Shown in pieces: positions 33,212 through 44,287 of a stretch of DNA of 64,000 nt. Position numbers and translations under genes: made by a program. This DNA comes from an uncultured Poribacteria bacterium (GTDB lineage Bacteria; Poribacteria; WGA-4E; WGA-3G), in assembly GCA_958296135.2 (NCBI GenBank), contig CATQHZ020000001.1, positions 1-64,000 on the forward strand, given 5' to 3'. Each line of letters opens with the position of its first letter. The first letter of the stretch is position 1. The notes under the pieces are model-generated. The model saw nothing but the letters and a program-made list of their open reading frames with translations, did not search any database and was not told the origin of the DNA.

Positions 33212-35179
33212 ATGCAAACAAACGTCTCTGCCTTAACCCGCGGTGTCACGTTCCGAGCCGTCGCGCTGGCACTCATACTTATCCCGATTAACTGCTATTG
33301 GATTATGTATACGGAGATGGTCTGGTGGGGTCTCTTCCCTACCACAATGTCGCTCTTTTTCAATGCAGTTTTCTTTCTTTTTTGCCTCACGTTCCTCAAT
33401 CTGCTTCTGGCAAACACCGTAGACGCAGTTTCCAACCGCGCCTCCCGGAACGGACACAAGCAGGAACGGACGCGATGGGCATTGACGCATAGCGAGCTCC
33501 TCGTCATCTACATCATGCTATGCATGGCAAGTGCCGTCGCATCGCACGACCACGCGCAAGTCCTTATCCCGATGATAGGACACGTCTTCTGGTTTGATAC
33601 ACCCGAGAACGAATGGCGCGAACTCCTTTACCGGTACATGCCAGAATGGGCAACCGTCCAAGACAAACAGATTTTGGAGGGATTTTATGAAGGACAAACA
33701 ACGCTTTACCGCGCCGAAGTGCTGCAGGCATGGCTCGGGCCTGCGTTGTGGTGGACTAGTTTTATCGTGGTGCTTTTGCTCGTGATGGTATGCATCAACG
33801 TCGTCCTACGCAAGCAGTGGACAGAACGTGAGAAACTCGCCTATCCTATTATCCAGCTACCCTTGGAAATGACGCGGCACAGCGGTGCCAACTTCTTCCG
33901 CGGCGGTCCCTTTTGGACAGCCTTCATCCTCGTCTCCCTTTTGAATCTTATCAACGGGCTCAGTTATCTGTTCCCGACGATACCTATCCTCGGCGTGCGG
34001 TTTCGGAATATCAGCCACTTTTTCACGGAGAAACCGTGGAATGCTATCGGGTGGACTCCGTTTTCCATCTATCCGTTCGTCATCGGGCTCGGATTTTTCA
34101 TGCCGTTAGAGCTATCGTTTTCTTGCTGGTTTTTTTACCTGTTTCGCAAGATGCAGCGCATTGTTGGCGCGATTCTCGGCGTGCGAGGACTCCCGGGATT
34201 TCCGTATGACCGGCAGCAATCCCTCGGCGCATATTTGGGGCTCGCCATTTTCGCGCTCTGGGCCAGCCGAAAATACCTCGCCGAAGTCTTCAAGCAGGTG
34301 ACAACGGGACGCTCGAACCTTGACGAATCGGTTGAGCCGATGCGCTACCGGACTGCGCTCGCCGGCATAGTGCTCGGATGCATCTATCTCATCGCCTTTT
34401 CTGTGAAAATAGGCATCAGCATTACGCTCGGCATCGCCTTTTTCGCAATATATTTTGCGCTGTCAATAGGCATCACGCGGATGCGGGTTGAATCCGGTGC
34501 ACCCGCGCACGATTTGCATTTCATGGGCCCTGATTACGCGCTCCCGGCAATTTTAGGCTCACGCCGAATGGGCGGCTCGAATCTCACCGCGCTGTCCTTC
34601 CTCTTCTTCTTTAATCGCGCGCACCGCAGTCATCCGATGCCGCATCAATTAGAGGGATTTCAACTCGCCTCCCGCGCGCGGTTTAATCCGAAGCCGTTGG
34701 TGTGGGCGATGCTGCTCGCCGTGTTCGTCGGTTCGATTGCATCGTTCTGGGCATATCTGCACGATGTCTACCGCTTCGGTTCCGCGGGAAGTTTCGCGCG
34801 GCATCCGTTCAATCGCCTGCAACAGCAACTCAATTTCCCTACCGGCACCAACATTCCTGAAGTGACATTTATGGGCATCGGCATGGGGTTCACCTTCCTA
34901 CTGATGTTTTTACGGATGCGGTTTTTCTGGTGGCCCTTCCACGCCGTTGGGTATGCTGTCTCCGGTGCCGCGGACTGGTGCATGAATTGGCTCTGGAGCT
35001 CCCTCGTCATTAGCACGGTAGCGAAATGGCTCATCATCAAGCAGGGCGGCTTGCAGTTGCATCGGAAGGCGGTACCTTTTTTCCTCGGCTTAATTCTGGG
35101 AGAATTCGTCGCGGGCAGTCTATGGAGTTTTTTCGGCATGGCGACAGAAACGCGGATATTTCCGTTTAAGGATTGGTGA
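33212..35179 (+). CDS. Polytopic membrane protein (DUF6785/DUF6784-like, putative transporter)
   Basis: Many TM helices; LRKQW..REKLAYPI.QLP, WWPFHAVGY, PFFLGLILGEF. Confidence 0.75.
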   Translation: MQTNVSALTRGVTFRAVALALILIPINCYWIMYTEMVWWGLFPTTMSLFFNAVFFLFCLTFLNLLLANTVDAVSNRASRNGHKQERTRWALTHSELLVIYIMLCMASAVASHDHAQVLIPMIGHVFWFDTPENEWRELLYRYMPEWATVQDKQILEGFYEGQTTLYRAEVLQAWLGPALWWTSFIVVLLLVMVCINVVLRKQWTEREKLAYPIIQLPLEMTRHSGANFFRGGPFWTAFILVSLLNLINGLSYLFPTIPILGVRFRNISHFFTEKPWNAIGWTPFSIYPFVIGLGFFMPLELSFSCWFFYLFRKMQRIVGAILGVRGLPGFPYDRQQSLGAYLGLAIFALWASRKYLAEVFKQVTTGRSNLDESVEPMRYRTALAGIVLGCIYLIAFSVKIGISITLGIAFFAIYFALSIGITRMRVESGAPAHDLHFMGPDYALPAILGSRRMGGSNLTALSFLFFFNRAHRSHPMPHQLEGFQLASRARFNPKPLVWAMLLAVFVGSIASFWAYLHDVYRFGSAGSFARHPFNRLQQQLNFPTGTNIPEVTFMGIGMGFTFLLMFLRMRFFWWPFHAVGYAVSGAADWCMNWLWSSLVISTVAKWLIIKQGGLQLHRKAVPFFLGLILGEFVAGSLWSFFGMATETRIFPFKDW

Positions 35180-35255
35180 CGCACGACACCTGTAAGGGCC
35201 GAGAAAGATATCCACCTTTATAGAACGAAATCAGCTGGGATACGCGAAAAAATAG

Positions 35256-35284
35256 TTGACATCCGTGCAAAAATGCGGTATAAT
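35256..35284 (+). promoter_or_regulatory. Sigma70-type promoter for argF
   Basis: TTGACA-17-TATAAT. Confidence 0.75.
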
Positions 35285-35345
35285 TAACATTTCTTATTGA
35301 CACTGTATGGACAGATTTCTCTCTCTGTCCGTTTTCTGGAGACAA

Positions 35346-36299
35346 ATGATGCATCTCATTAACCTCAAAAATTGGACACAAACGGATATTCTGGATACCG
35401 TCGAAAACGGAATTCACATCAAAACCTATCCTGAAAAATATTGGCACGTTGCCCGTGGGACGAACCTTGCGCTGCTATTCCAAAAAACCTCAACGCGTAC
35501 TCGGTGCGCCGGCGAAATCGGAATCACACAACTCGGCGGGCATGCACACTACCTTGACTGGCGCACGACGAACTTCGGACTCGCTGACCTCGGTGACGAA
35601 ATACGCGTCCTGTCGGCGTATGTCGATGTCATCTTAGCCCGGTTCTTGGAACATGCCGACATCGCCACGGCTGCCGAAGCCGCTGATGTCCCTATCATTA
35701 ACGGATGTTGCGACAGGTATCATCCGACGCAAGCACTCGGCGATTTGATGACAATTCAGGAGACCTTGGGTAAATTGGAAGGCGTTAAATTGTGCTTCAT
35801 CGGTGTTCATAACAACGTCTGCAATTCGCTCATCGCCGCCGGGATGAAGGTGGGCCTTGAAGTCACCGTCGTTGCCCCCGAAGTCAACCCCGCCGCCGAG
35901 GATAAGGCTCTCTGGGAAGCGGCAGAACGGAAGGGCACCTACAAGCCTGTCCGACTCGGAGAAACCTCGGGGCCCGGGACCCCGTGCCGCGTGCGGGAAG
36001 CCATCGCCACGAGCGATATCGTCTACACAGACACGTGGATAGACATGGAATTCTTCACCGACCCGAGTTTCGCTGAAGAACGGAAACGGCGTTTGGAAAA
36101 GATGAGTCCCTATCAGTTGAACGCGTCCCTGCTTGAAGGGCACGAGTGCCGGATTATGCACTGCCTGCCGGCGCATCGCGGTTATGAAATCGCCGGTGAG
36201 CTGCTTGACGATGAACGTTCACTCATCTTCCAGCAATCCGAAAACCGCCTCCACAGCATGAAAGCGGTGCTGCTAAAGGTGCTATCCACCGGGGTGTAG
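35346..36299 (+). CDS. argF: Ornithine carbamoyltransferase
   Basis: STRTR, HPTQALGD, YTDTW, MHCLPAHRG, QSENRLH. Confidence 0.9.
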   Translation: MMHLINLKNWTQTDILDTVENGIHIKTYPEKYWHVARGTNLALLFQKTSTRTRCAGEIGITQLGGHAHYLDWRTTNFGLADLGDEIRVLSAYVDVILARFLEHADIATAAEAADVPIINGCCDRYHPTQALGDLMTIQETLGKLEGVKLCFIGVHNNVCNSLIAAGMKVGLEVTVVAPEVNPAAEDKALWEAAERKGTYKPVRLGETSGPGTPCRVREAIATSDIVYTDTWIDMEFFTDPSFAEERKRRLEKMSPYQLNASLLEGHECRIMHCLPAHRGYEIAGELLDDERSLIFQQSENRLHSMKAVLLKVLSTGV

Positions 36300-36355
36300 G
36301 GAGCTGTTCCCCGATAAGGTATTAACTCCTGTTTACAGGAGATAACACTTCAACC

Positions 36356-37501
36356 ATGAAAACCAACTTACATCACCTTGAATGTAGCAAATGCGGGAAA
36401 ACTTATCCGCACACCGTCCCACAGAACGTCTGTCCTCTGTGCGGGAAACCGTTATTTGCGCGCTATTCCCTTGAGACGACATGGAAACGCGAAGCACTTT
36501 CGTCCAGGGCCCCGACGCTGTGGCGTTACCGGGAACTCCTACCGGTCAGCGATGAGGCCGACATCGTCTCGCTTGGCGAAACGATGACACCGCTCATCCA
36601 CGCCAAAAGGCTCGGCGCAGCGGTGGGTTCGCTGACAGAGGTATGGATAAAAGATGAATCGCGCCTGCCGACGGGCAGTTTCAAGTCGCGCGGCTTGGCG
36701 ATGGCGGTTTCCATGGCGAAGGCACTCGGGCTCACACAACTCGCTATTCCTTCTGCTGGCAATGCGGCGACAGCACTCTCACTTTACGCCGCCGCTGCGG
36801 GCATCACCGCGCATATCTTCATGCCGAAGGATACACCCGCTTTTAACAGGATGTCCTGCAGACTCGCGGGCGCGAACGTCACGCTCATCGATGGATTAAT
36901 CTCGGATGCCGGTAGAATTGTAGCGGAACGGAAAACCGCTGAAGGGTGGTTTGACGTATCTACCCTTAAGGAACCTTATCGCGTGGAAGGCAAAAAGACG
37001 ATGGGATTTGAACTCGCCGAGCAATGCGGATGGGAGCTGCCAGATGTCATCATCTATCCTACCGGCGGCGGCACCGGCATTGTCGGGATGTGGAAGGGGT
37101 TCGCGGAATTGGAGGCACTCGGCTGGATTAGCAAGAAACGGCCGCGATTCATCGCCGTGCAAGCGGCGGGCTGTGCCCCGATTGTCAAGGCATGGGAAGA
37201 AGGCTCGCCGGAAGCAGAACCGTGGCCGGATGCGCACACCATCGCAAGTGGATTGCGCGTGCCGCAGGCAATCGGCGACTTTCTCATATTGGCGGCGATT
37301 CGCGAAAGTGGCGGGGCAGCAATCGCTGTCACAGACGATGCTATCCGCGAGGCGATGCATCTGCTCCCAGCAACCGAAGGACTCTTGACGTGCCCTGAAG
37401 GCGCGGCGACTGTCGCCGCACTCAAACAGGCGGTAGCAAACGGAAAAGTCGCGCCTTATGAGCGCATTGTGCTATTTAACACAGGCGGTTATCAGGGATA
37501 G
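36356..37501 (+). CDS. thrC: Threonine synthase
   Basis: N-terminal CxxC pairs, LWRYRELLP, PTGSFKSRG, SAGNA, EGKKT, PTGGGTG. Confidence 0.88.
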   Translation: MKTNLHHLECSKCGKTYPHTVPQNVCPLCGKPLFARYSLETTWKREALSSRAPTLWRYRELLPVSDEADIVSLGETMTPLIHAKRLGAAVGSLTEVWIKDESRLPTGSFKSRGLAMAVSMAKALGLTQLAIPSAGNAATALSLYAAAAGITAHIFMPKDTPAFNRMSCRLAGANVTLIDGLISDAGRIVAERKTAEGWFDVSTLKEPYRVEGKKTMGFELAEQCGWELPDVIIYPTGGGTGIVGMWKGFAELEALGWISKKRPRFIAVQAAGCAPIVKAWEEGSPEAEPWPDAHTIASGLRVPQAIGDFLILAAIRESGGAAIAVTDDAIREAMHLLPATEGLLTCPEGAATVAALKQAVANGKVAPYERIVLFNTGGYQG

Positions 37502-37553
37502 CAAAAAACGCGATAGGCGCGCTTTCAAAGCACGCCTACCGGGAGAAGTTCGG

Positions 37554-38291
37554 TTATTTATCTCGCTCAAGATAATCGTAGGTGGGTTTCCCACCTTCTT
37601 CACTAGCAGCAGGTGCTTCCGGTTTGCCAATGCGGTAACCGACGCGGTATTGGCGCACCGAGATGATCGGATAGGGCCCATCGAACCCGGTGATGGTGCC
37701 CTGCACTTCGACCTCTTTCTCGTTATCGGCGGCATCGATGCGCAGCTGATCGAATTCGGCACTCGCGCTGAAAACGAACTTCTGGTCTTCGCTACCTGCC
37801 GTCATCGCGTGATGGATGTTAGAGGTATCGGGCCGCCAACGCCGCCACGATGGCACATTCCGGATGTAACTCCGGGCGAAGCCGGGGTGTTCAAACATTT
37901 CGCCTCGGATAGTCGCCTCGGTTTTGAGGACGCGGGAATGCCCGAGCCCATGCCGGCCCCGGAAGCGCGAATCACTGAGCTGACGGATAATGTCATGCAC
38001 GTCAAACGTGTGCGTCTCACTGTATTTAGAGACACCTTGCCGCGGTTTGACTTCAACAAGCGTTGTGAAGAGCCGCTTTTTCCCGTTCTTGCCAATAGGG
38101 GTAGAGAAAGTGATGTCTTCGGCATCCGCCCACGGCTCTAACAACCGGCGGATCTGACGAGCGTCCGCGTTGCTAACGACATCGGAAATCTCTATCTTCA
38201 ACGTTGCCACTTCAGCCATGCTCAACGCGCTAATTCCGACAAGCAGAAGTAGCACGGCAAAGGTGAAGCAGTAGAAATGTGTCCGTTTCAT
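37554..38291 (-). CDS. Secreted hypothetical protein
   Basis: AGGGAGG RBS and signal peptide; no recognised motif. Confidence 0.7.
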   Translation of the reverse strand: MKRTHFYCFTFAVLLLLVGISALSMAEVATLKIEISDVVSNADARQIRRLLEPWADAEDITFSTPIGKNGKKRLFTTLVEVKPRQGVSKYSETHTFDVHDIIRQLSDSRFRGRHGLGHSRVLKTEATIRGEMFEHPGFARSYIRNVPSWRRWRPDTSNIHHAMTAGSEDQKFVFSASAEFDQLRIDAADNEKEVEVQGTITGFDGPYPIISVRQYRVGYRIGKPEAPAASEEGGKPTYDYLERDK

Positions 38292-38446
38292 TGGGACTTC
38301 CTCCCTTTGAACATTTCAGGATGGACGCAGCACTTCCGCCGTAGGCGCAATTCAAAACCGCGCCTACCAGCACGTGTCAATTTTTGCGTCGCTCCTGCAG
38401 TCTTTACCTTAATTATACACCATTCTCTAAAAAAAGTTGCAAAAAA

Positions 38447-41400
38447 ATGTCAGAACCGATTTACAACAACCGTTCCCTCTTTTCGAGTTATTATCTTGAG
38501 AAGGTAGTGACGGAACAAACCGATGCATCGCTCACGGATGTCTATGAACAGATTCAGCGACTCTACGCGCCCATCGCTGCGGATGCGTCTCGGCTGAACG
38601 AGGCACAGACAGAGGAGCTGTTCATTCGTCCCGTGCTCCGAATCCTCGGACACGCCTTTGTAGTGCAACCGATGCTTCGCACGGCGCAAGGCACGAAGCA
38701 ACCCGATTACGCCTTCTTCGCTGGCACCGAAGCGGTGGAGAAGGCGCGCCCATCGCTCAATACCGACGATTTTTTCAACACTGCTACCGCTATCGGTGAC
38801 GCGAAGGCATGGGGCCGAAATCTCGACCGGCGGTTGGACGGACCCGGCGACGCATTCTCGAATAGCAACCCAAACTATCAGATCGATTTCTACATCCGAA
38901 CAGCCGGACTGACGTGGGGGGTGCTCACCAACGGAAAGCAGTGGCGGCTCTATCATCGCAATACCAGCTACAAATTGGATAGTTTCTACGAAGTAGACCT
39001 GGGAGAGGTGCTAACTGATGACGACGTAAACGCTTTTCGCTATTTTTACTACTTTTTCCGCAAAGAGGCGTTCGCTCAAGAGGTTGCCGCTCGTCCCGTA
39101 GGGCGAAGGGCTGTCCCTCGCCATGATGTCTCAACCTTTTTAGATAACGTATTAACTGGCAGCGCACGCTACACCGTCGCCGTTTCGGATGACCTCGGGG
39201 ACAGAATCTATTCGGCGTTAGAGGCACTGATTAACGGATTTCTCGCCTATCCCGATAACCAGCTAATGAATAGCTGCCCCCCCCCACTTCACTTGCATTA
39301 ATACAATTAAACACCGAGTTGGACACTCTCCACGAAAATTGCCTCATCCTGCTCTATCGGCTCCTATTTATTCTGTATGCCGAAAGCCGCGGGCTGCTGC
39401 CGCTTGAGGATGCAGATTACCACGCAGCCTATAGTTTGGATGCGCTTGCCACCGAGGTCCACTCCGAACTTGATGCCCAGACAGAAATGCCTGCGCTGCG
39501 GAGTGACTACTGGGCGCGCCTCCAAGATTTGTTCCGGCTCATTGACAAAGGATGGGAGGAACGTATTCCGCAATATAACGGCGGGCTGTTTAATCCGGCG
39601 CGCCACCCGTTTTTAGAAGCCGCTAAAATCGGGAACGACGTGCTTGCCGAAGTCATTAATCTGCTCACGCGCACGAAGGCGAAGGAACGCATCGCCTACC
39701 AAGACCTGGCGATTCAGCACCTCGGCAATATTTACGAGGGATTGCTGGAATATAACGTCAGCGTGCAGGATGCACGGTTAGAAACCGCGCCTACGGAGGT
39801 GCGGTTAGTTCGCGACAAAAAAGAACGTAAGGCGAGCGGCAGTTACTATACCTCCGATGCAATCGTTCGCGCGATGGTTGAAGACGCGCTCGAACCGCTC
39901 TGCAACCGCAAGTCTTATGAGGAGATTCTCCGGCTCAAAGTGTTGGATCCGGCGATGGGCAGCGGGCACTTCCTCGTCGGCGCGATTGATTATCTCGCAC
40001 TCCAGTTGGCGACACACCCCGACGCGCCGCCTGTCCCTGCGCGCTTGGAAGGCGCGCCTACTGATAAGTTTGCAGACGACACGGACACCGAAATCGCCTA
40101 TTGGCGGCGGCGCATCGTAGAAACCTGTATCTACGGCGTAGATCTGAACCCGATGGCGGTGGAGTTGGCGAAAGTGTCGCTTTGGCTTCACACCGTGGCG
40201 AAAGACGAGCCGCTCTCCTTCTTGGCTCACCATATTCGTTGCGGGAATTCGTTGATTGGGGCGGATATCGCCGAGCTCGCCAATCTGCCAGTCTTGTCCA
40301 AACGTCGTCGCGCCGCCGAAACCCCGCAAACCGCGCTCACCATGGATTTCGGATGGACGGATACCGTCTCCGAAGCAGTGGGGCATTACCTCGTCATTGA
40401 GACGATGGAGAGCCAGACCGCGGACGATATCCATGCGATGGAGCAAGAGTTGCAGCTCGCGCAGCAGCGGCTCAGCCATCATAAGGCAATCGCGGATTTC
40501 TGGATGAGCGTCCATTTTGGCAATGCCGTTACGCCCGGCGATTACCGCGCGCTCACCACGGAAGAGACAGACGCACCTCTCCACGCGCTTGTCTATCAAG
40601 AAGCACGGGCATTGGCGGAACGCTACCGCTTTTTCCACTGGGAGATTGAGTTTCCTGAAGTCTTCCGCGATGCATCGGGACATGCATTGGCGAACCCCGG
40701 CTTCGATGCCATCATCGCCAATCCACCTTACGGCGCGAAGCTTGACTCGCACGAGAAGGCTTATCTCAAACGGGTTGCAAAAGAGACGCAGAATTTGAAC
40801 AGCGCGGCACTTTTCATTGACGCTGCTAAAAACCGCTTGCTGAAATCGGACGGTGTGCTTGCCTTCATCGTGCCGAAGTCGCTGTTGTATGTCGAAAGTT
40901 GGCGGAGTTTAGCGTTCGCGTTGCTCGACAAAACGCGGGTTTTGGTTGACGTTGAGGCGGCGTTCAAAAACGTCAAATTGGAGCAAGTGTTTTTCATCTA
41001 TGACATGCATCACGCTGCGGATTTTTACACGGCGCGCAAATTTGTCGATGAGACATGGATCCGCACCGTCGAAATTCCCACGTCCTATGTCAACGCCTTT
41101 CAAGCGTGGATTTGCGATGTATCGCCGGAAGAAATTCGTCTGGGGGAACGGATAAATCGCATTGGGACGTTTATGCGGGCTATTTCTCAGACGACTCGCG
41201 GTTTGTCTGTAGAGAGACTGCTGAAGCCTTCGGGTGATATTGCGTTAATCGGCGGCAAAAACATAAACCGCTACGGAGTTGAAGGCGTGAAAGGCTTTCT
41301 AAATAACGAAGCCCTTGACCGGACGAATAAGAAAGTGCAATCGCTACTTCAACCCAAAATTATCTCTCAGAAAATCGTAACGACGAGGAAGATTAACGCT

Positions 41401-41772
41401 ACTGTTGACAAAGCGGGGGATATATTGGGCGTGAATACCGTCGAAAATACCTTTATCACAGATGCAAACTTTCATCCGAATTTTATTGTCGCCTGTTTCA
41501 ACGCCACATTGGTGAATTGGTATGTCCACCGGTTTATCTATTGTTCGGCGAGGATGACGATGTTTTTTGACAACTACTATGTCGGCAAAATCCCGATTCC
41601 GGTTGTAAGTCTCGCGGAACAGCAGCCTATCGTTGAATTGGTAGAACGGGTTCTGGCGGCGAAACGGGAGGACCCGGATGCGGACACGTCTGCGCTGGAG
41701 CGGGAAATTGACGCGTTGGTTTACGCGCTTTACGGCGTGACGGACGAGGAGATTGCGGTTGTGGAGGGATGA
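38447..41772 (+). pseudogene. Type IIG (Eco57I-like) restriction-modification enzyme, frameshifted at C9 (39277-39285)
   Basis: 5' ORF has a PD..DAK nuclease motif and LTNGKQWRLY. 3' ORF has LLYRLLFILYAE, GSYYT, DPAMGSGHF, NPPY and a TaqI-like C-terminus. One extra C fuses the two frames with no stop. Confidence 0.85.
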
Positions 41773-41813
41773 CGCGGGCTCAGTGTGCCCGCGTCATGCG
41801 TTAGGGGTTGGCG

Positions 41814-42164
41814 TTAGGGGCCGTTATTTCGATGGGGTACCAGCATCCGTGTGACTTCATCGAGAGTTGCTGCTTGTGCGGCGGTGCGCAACAGCTGGTT
41901 GAGATGTTGCACATCGGTGATGCCCTCAAACAAGGGCTTTAGAAATTGCACATCCCTGTCTTGGAAGCGCGCGTCCAAGACATTCATGAGGGCATCGATA
42001 GCAGTGCCTCGCGCGCCTTGTTCCCTGCCGCGCGTCATGCCGAGTTCAATGCCTTCTTCTCGGCCTTCTTCCCGGCCGATTTCTTTTCCCTGTTGTAGTG
42101 CCTCGTGACGTGCTTCTTCCAGGGGCTGCTGCATGAGGCGTTGGAAAATGGATGTATGTCTCAC
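41814..42164 (-). CDS. Stand-alone copy of the Rpn C-terminal module (RpnS-like)
   Basis: Near-identical to 42243-42617; has its own GGAGG-5nt-GTG start. Confidence 0.7.
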   Translation of the reverse strand: MRHTSIFQRLMQQPLEEARHEALQQGKEIGREEGREEGIELGMTRGREQGARGTAIDALMNVLDARFQDRDVQFLKPLFEGITDVQHLNQLLRTAAQAATLDEVTRMLVPHRNNGP

Positions 42165-42242
42165 GTTGTCCTCCGTAGTGCGAGTTCTGCCGAACCTGCG
42201 CGGTTTGAGATGCCCCGAACGCTAACGCCGCGGGTTGTTGCG

Positions 42243-43304
42243 TTAGGGGCCGTTGTTTCGATGGGGTACCAGCATCCGTGTGACTTCATCGAGGGTTGCT
42301 GCTTGTGCGGCGGTGCGCAACAGTTGGTTGAGATGTTGCACATCGGTGATGCCCTCAAACAAGGGCTTTAGGACTTGCACATCCCTGTCTTGGAAGCGCG
42401 CGTCCAAGACATTCATGAGGGCATCGATAGCAGTGCCTCGCGCGCCCTGTTCCCTGCCGCGCGTCATGCCGAGTTCAATGCCTTCTTCCCGGCCTTCTTC
42501 TCGACCTTTTTCCCGGCCTTCTTCCCGACCGATTTCTTTTCCCTGTTGTAGTGCCTCGTGACGTGCTTCTTCCAAGGGCTGCTGCATGAGGCGTTGGAAA
42601 ATGGATGAATTTCTCATATCTTCCTCCGAAATAATTGAGTAGATTGTCTCCGGGGCGTAGGCAAGATTGCCGAAAATCCCCGTTGACATCAGTAAATTGT
42701 CGATACTCGCCGTATCTAGCGGCAGTTGCCGCGTCGTCGCGACGCACTGCCGCAGCCACGTGACACTGCTGACTCCCGCCGGCGGTTGCATCAACGGCAC
42801 AAACGGCATTAAACCGGGCAGTTGCGTCTCCAGAATCGGACCGCCGTCGAGTTCATAAAGCCGAATCACTTCATATTCCGAGATGAACCGTTGTCCAGGA
42901 ACGTGCACATTTTGATAATAACTGCCCGGATCCCGGCGTCCGGCAGGGCGTTGAAAGTAGATAACATACGAGCGGATGGGGAGTTCGGTGTCTTCGTAGC
43001 ATCTCCCACGGTAGCCAGCAATCCGGCGTTCTATCGGGATTGGGTAACTATCATACATCTGATATTCGCGATGGATGAGCGTTGGTTCGCCGACTAGCGA
43101 GATTTTCGTCAGGCTATCCATGCGGCGCACATCCATAGCCGGGAGTTCTATATCAAGATGCTCGATGAATTCAAAATCGGATGTGCCGAGTAGCAGGCGC
43201 AACATATCGTTTGGGAATGCACGCGCCGAATGCTTCGCAGCAACATCGTATCGGTTTGCTGGCAAATTGTCCCAGTCAAAAGGGTTCTGAATGTCATTTT
43301 CCAT
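42243..43304 (-). CDS. Rpn-family PD-(D/E)XK nuclease/putative transposase with an internal start at 42617
   Basis: YD...K, RRMD, IHREYQ, Y.VIRL; GREEG repeats in the C-terminus; GGAGG-AAGAT-ATG inside the gene. Confidence 0.8.
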   Translation of the reverse strand: MENDIQNPFDWDNLPANRYDVAAKHSARAFPNDMLRLLLGTSDFEFIEHLDIELPAMDVRRMDSLTKISLVGEPTLIHREYQMYDSYPIPIERRIAGYRGRCYEDTELPIRSYVIYFQRPAGRRDPGSYYQNVHVPGQRFISEYEVIRLYELDGGPILETQLPGLMPFVPLMQPPAGVSSVTWLRQCVATTRQLPLDTASIDNLLMSTGIFGNLAYAPETIYSIISEEDMRNSSIFQRLMQQPLEEARHEALQQGKEIGREEGREKGREEGREEGIELGMTRGREQGARGTAIDALMNVLDARFQDRDVQVLKPLFEGITDVQHLNQLLRTAAQAATLDEVTRMLVPHRNNGP

Positions 43305-43403
43305 ACACGTTAGTATACAATAGATGCGAGGTTGCAATCAAGTTTTTTGCGAATTGTTTGCGTTGAAGCATGACACGGGAACCGTGCGCGCGTCCATGTC
43401 TAC

Positions 43404-43917
43404 TTACTTGCTGGTAGATGCTGTTGCGGCTTTGAACACGGCATCAAGTGCCCCGAAAAAGACCGGCAAGCCAGCCACATTGAACCGGGTAACGTTGCGG
43501 GTAAAGACATCGCCGACAAGATGTCCAAATTGCCAATGCTCACCATCGGTGACAATGCCATAAACCGGGATATCCGCATCGGTATTGATTTTTTGAGCGG
43601 CTACCAACTCGGCGAGGCATTGCCTCCAACCCATGTCAAAATCGTTCTTCTTTGCTTTCACGAGAAGTATCAGTGGGCTGCCAACAACGAGAGGCCCCAA
43701 TTCAGACCGCGTAGCAACAAGGTACTGGTGTGCCAGTCAAAGTATCATCGTAACCGATGGATTCACCTATCCAGAGCGCATAGTCTTTGGCGTATGCCTT
43801 ATAAACTTCCAATAAAATCGGGAAGATAATTGCCTCACACCGGGCTGCCTCTGAGCCAAAAACAGCAATGTGCTGTTGTTTAAACGCAAACTCTTGCAGA
43901 AAATGATCCGACGGTTT
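43404..43917 (-). pseudogene. Decayed PD-(D/E)XK / HsdR-N-like nuclease
   Basis: Hand translation SEAARCEAIIFPILLEV...LTGTP[frameshift ~43725]YLV...VKAKK..QCLAELVAAQ..YGIVTDG; RBS AAAGGAGG is followed by TAG rather than a start codon. Confidence 0.75.
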
Positions 43918-44287
43918 CTACCTCCTTTCAAATTAGGATACCACATTTTTCTCCAAAAATCAAGTCAGCGGCATTTAGTTTTCAGTGTTCAAGCTCCGAG
44001 TGTAAGGGCGGATTGCCATATCCGCCCGTGTTTTCGCGCGGCGGACAGCTCTAGTAATCTTTCCTGATAGGTTATCCAAGAACTGAACGATTCTGCATGA
44101 AAATGAAATTCCTTGAAAAAGGAGCGCGAATATGTTAACATTAAAAATAACACGATTTTTTAGGGCGTTGCTCACAGCGAGCAGGACGATTTCGTTTTCC
44201 CCAGTCTCGATGCAGATGCATCGTTGAATCGTTCCGCGCCGCGAGCGCGCCGCTTGACACGTTTGAATGAAAAAGGAGATACCAGTC

